Source of the DNA: Ascoidea asiatica JCM 7603
Lineage: Eukaryota > Fungi > Ascomycota
Length of the DNA: 10,056 bases
Direction: 5' to 3'
NCBI GenBank assembly: GCA_001600695.1
Contig: BCKQ01000018.1
Coordinates: 123,423-133,478, forward strand
Shown here: one piece after another, positions 8,291-10,056 of the stretch
How positions within the stretch are numbered: the first letter of the stretch is position 1
How the letters are laid out: every line of letters begins with the position of its first letter
Position numbers and translations under genes: made by a program
Notes under the pieces: generated by a model
What the model saw: the letters and a program-made list of their open reading frames with translations, nothing else
Database searches by the model: none
What the model was told of the DNA's origin: nothing

Positions 8291-9338
8291 ATGGTTCGCA
8301 TGTTTATAACACTTGAACAGGACCACAACAATTTTGTAATTTTTTTAAAAATCTCAGAAGAGCATATTTCACGGTTTAGGATATAATGACTTTATGAATA
8401 AAGCAATCCAATTACCAAAAGATAAACTTAATTTGGAAAAAATGAATTTAGAATCACACAAGGACTTTTTAACGACATTCATTTATTGAATACCTTAAAA
8501 TGGAAAAGCTGATGAAGATGGGAGGATTCCAGTTTTAAAACACAAACTTCACAAATGTGTTTTTCCAGGGTAGAATAACTAATTGAAATTGATTTAGTTT
8601 AGAATTATAGTTAATATGGCTAATTTATTCTACAATAAATAAGTTATAATTTGTAAAACAATTAGACATTGACAATTCTAAAATAGGGTTATTTAATACA
8701 GTTAGGTCTCAAAGCAAATTTAATAAATTTGTTTTTTTTATTTTACAATTTTGAGCATGAGCAATAAATATATTTGCAATGGTAAAACTCTATTGTTCAA
8801 CAACTCGATTTTTATCTTTAGCAACGTTTAATTTTTATCTCATTATAAAGAAACCTGGGTTTGATGTATTAATTGACCATAATGACGAGGAGTCCACAAC
8901 TGCTGAATCGAAAGAACTTGCGGAAGAAGCGAAACATGAAGATGAAAAGCACTAATATTCAATCCCCTATTCCAACTTGAACAAGGTTTTCCAAATTAGC
9001 ATTATAATAGAGAAAGATGGAGTCACTCATTGAAAAACTGATAGAACTTCCTTATGATTGTGTCTCTTGAAGTTACATTATTGGCTTAATTAAAAAGGTT
9101 TCTTCAAAGGTTGATGTCAAAGATAGAGCACAAGAGAACTAACACACCGAGTCCTTCTAATCTTATAACTTATATAAATGAACCACCGAAGATTCTAGAA
9201 GTGAAGTGGTTGAAAATAGCTGGGTATTGCTCCTTTAGAATTCATTTGCATGAAGATTAATAATAACATGGTTGAAGCTTTGCTTCAAAAAGAATCTGTA
9301 ATTAGATTAAATCGTAAATCATTTATGGATAAGGTAAA
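8291..9338 (+). pseudogene. Decayed plus-strand ORF, unknown product, bounded by an LTR-like insertion
   Basis: AAAAATGG start context at 8291. Fragments include GLGYNDFMNKAIQLPKDKLNLEKMNLESHKDFLTTF, KKPGFDVLIDHNDEESTTAESKELAEEAKHEDEKH and MESLIEKLIELPYDCVS*SYIIGLIKKVSSKVDVKD, with many stops. Confidence 0.4.
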
Positions 9339-10056
9339 TGTAAGGTCTTTTCCTTCTTAAAAGATTGTAAAAGGGTTCAATCGTTAAAAGACAATATTTG
9401 CGGAGTATTGCAGAGTAATGATAAAAATAAAATTGGAGATAATAGAGATCTACAAATGGTATCGCGTATATTGGTACTAACGCGCTAGGTGGTGAAGGTC
9501 TAAAAGACACGTATCTATAGTATACATTACAGAGTTAGCTATTGTACAATAATGTGGGTACACTATGTATAATTATGCATGGAGATCCATAATTAGCCAT
9601 AAATATACATATTGTTGCATAAAATTGCATTAAGTTGCATGAAGAATACATCAATTCACATGACATTGCATGAGTCAGTGTACAGGTACACAGATAGTCG
9701 GATATCATGTGATATTATCGTCACATGCAATAGGTCATGTGTGCTTACGTCAGGTAGAGCGTAGGGCGTAGAAAAGACCTTGAGATTGGTACCAGCCATA
9801 GTTGTAGAACCTTTACGAGCATATTAAAGCTAAGCCACTCGGTACGAGGAAAAATAAATAGCCGTTAGGATTTAGTGTCTATACGGATAGAAGTTAAATC
9901 CTATTGGCCAATCGAAACCAGGCAGTGACGCCTTCTGGATGATTGAGTTGTCTAAGCCTAGTTTCATGTGATATAAGGTATAGTTCTTACTGCGTGTACC
10001 GAATTGTCTCGGGGTAAACAGGAGACTAGTGGAGCTAGTCCCGTAATAATCTATTC
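9339..10056. mobile_element. Second, unrelated LTR-like sequence, incomplete at the window edge
   Basis: Gypsy-like terminus TGTAAGG (CCTTACA on minus) at 9339, with a compositional change to non-coding DNA dense in transcription-factor-like motifs. The other terminus is not visible and orientation is unresolved. Confidence 0.5.

Noticed and set aside
9188-9200. Perfect three-unit HSE GAAGATTCTAGAA
   Set aside because: Isolated, inside a coding relic, with no promoter context.
2482-9338. Alternative genetic code (stop reassignment) explaining the broken ORFs
   Set aside because: TAA, TAG and TGA all interrupt frames, frameshifts are also needed, and the gag-like ORF has no in-frame stops.

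Overview
AT-rich, gene-poor window that reads as eukaryotic (probably fungal or yeast-like; inference) nested-repeat DNA. The left end is the 5' part of a minus-strand LTR retrotransposon. It has an LTR at about 831-1541 (heat-shock-element-like repeats, TATA box, terminal ...CTGACA), a non-tRNA primer-binding site complementary to its own R region (Tf1-type self-priming signature), a leader with an A26 tract, and an intact gag-like ORF (398 to <1) missing from the supplied ORF track. A ~78%-identical fragment of that LTR lies inverted at 3691-3933. The middle holds two diverged, disrupted copies of an unknown ~330-codon gene (2482-3473, 4896-5866). Further right are a divergent pair of decayed ORF relics and a second, unrelated LTR-like element starting TGTAAGG at 9339. 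Most supplied ORFs are antisense shadows or pseudogene fragments. The most unusual signal is a canonical GTAAGT/TACTAAC/YAG intron whose removal would delete the LTR end and the self-priming site.
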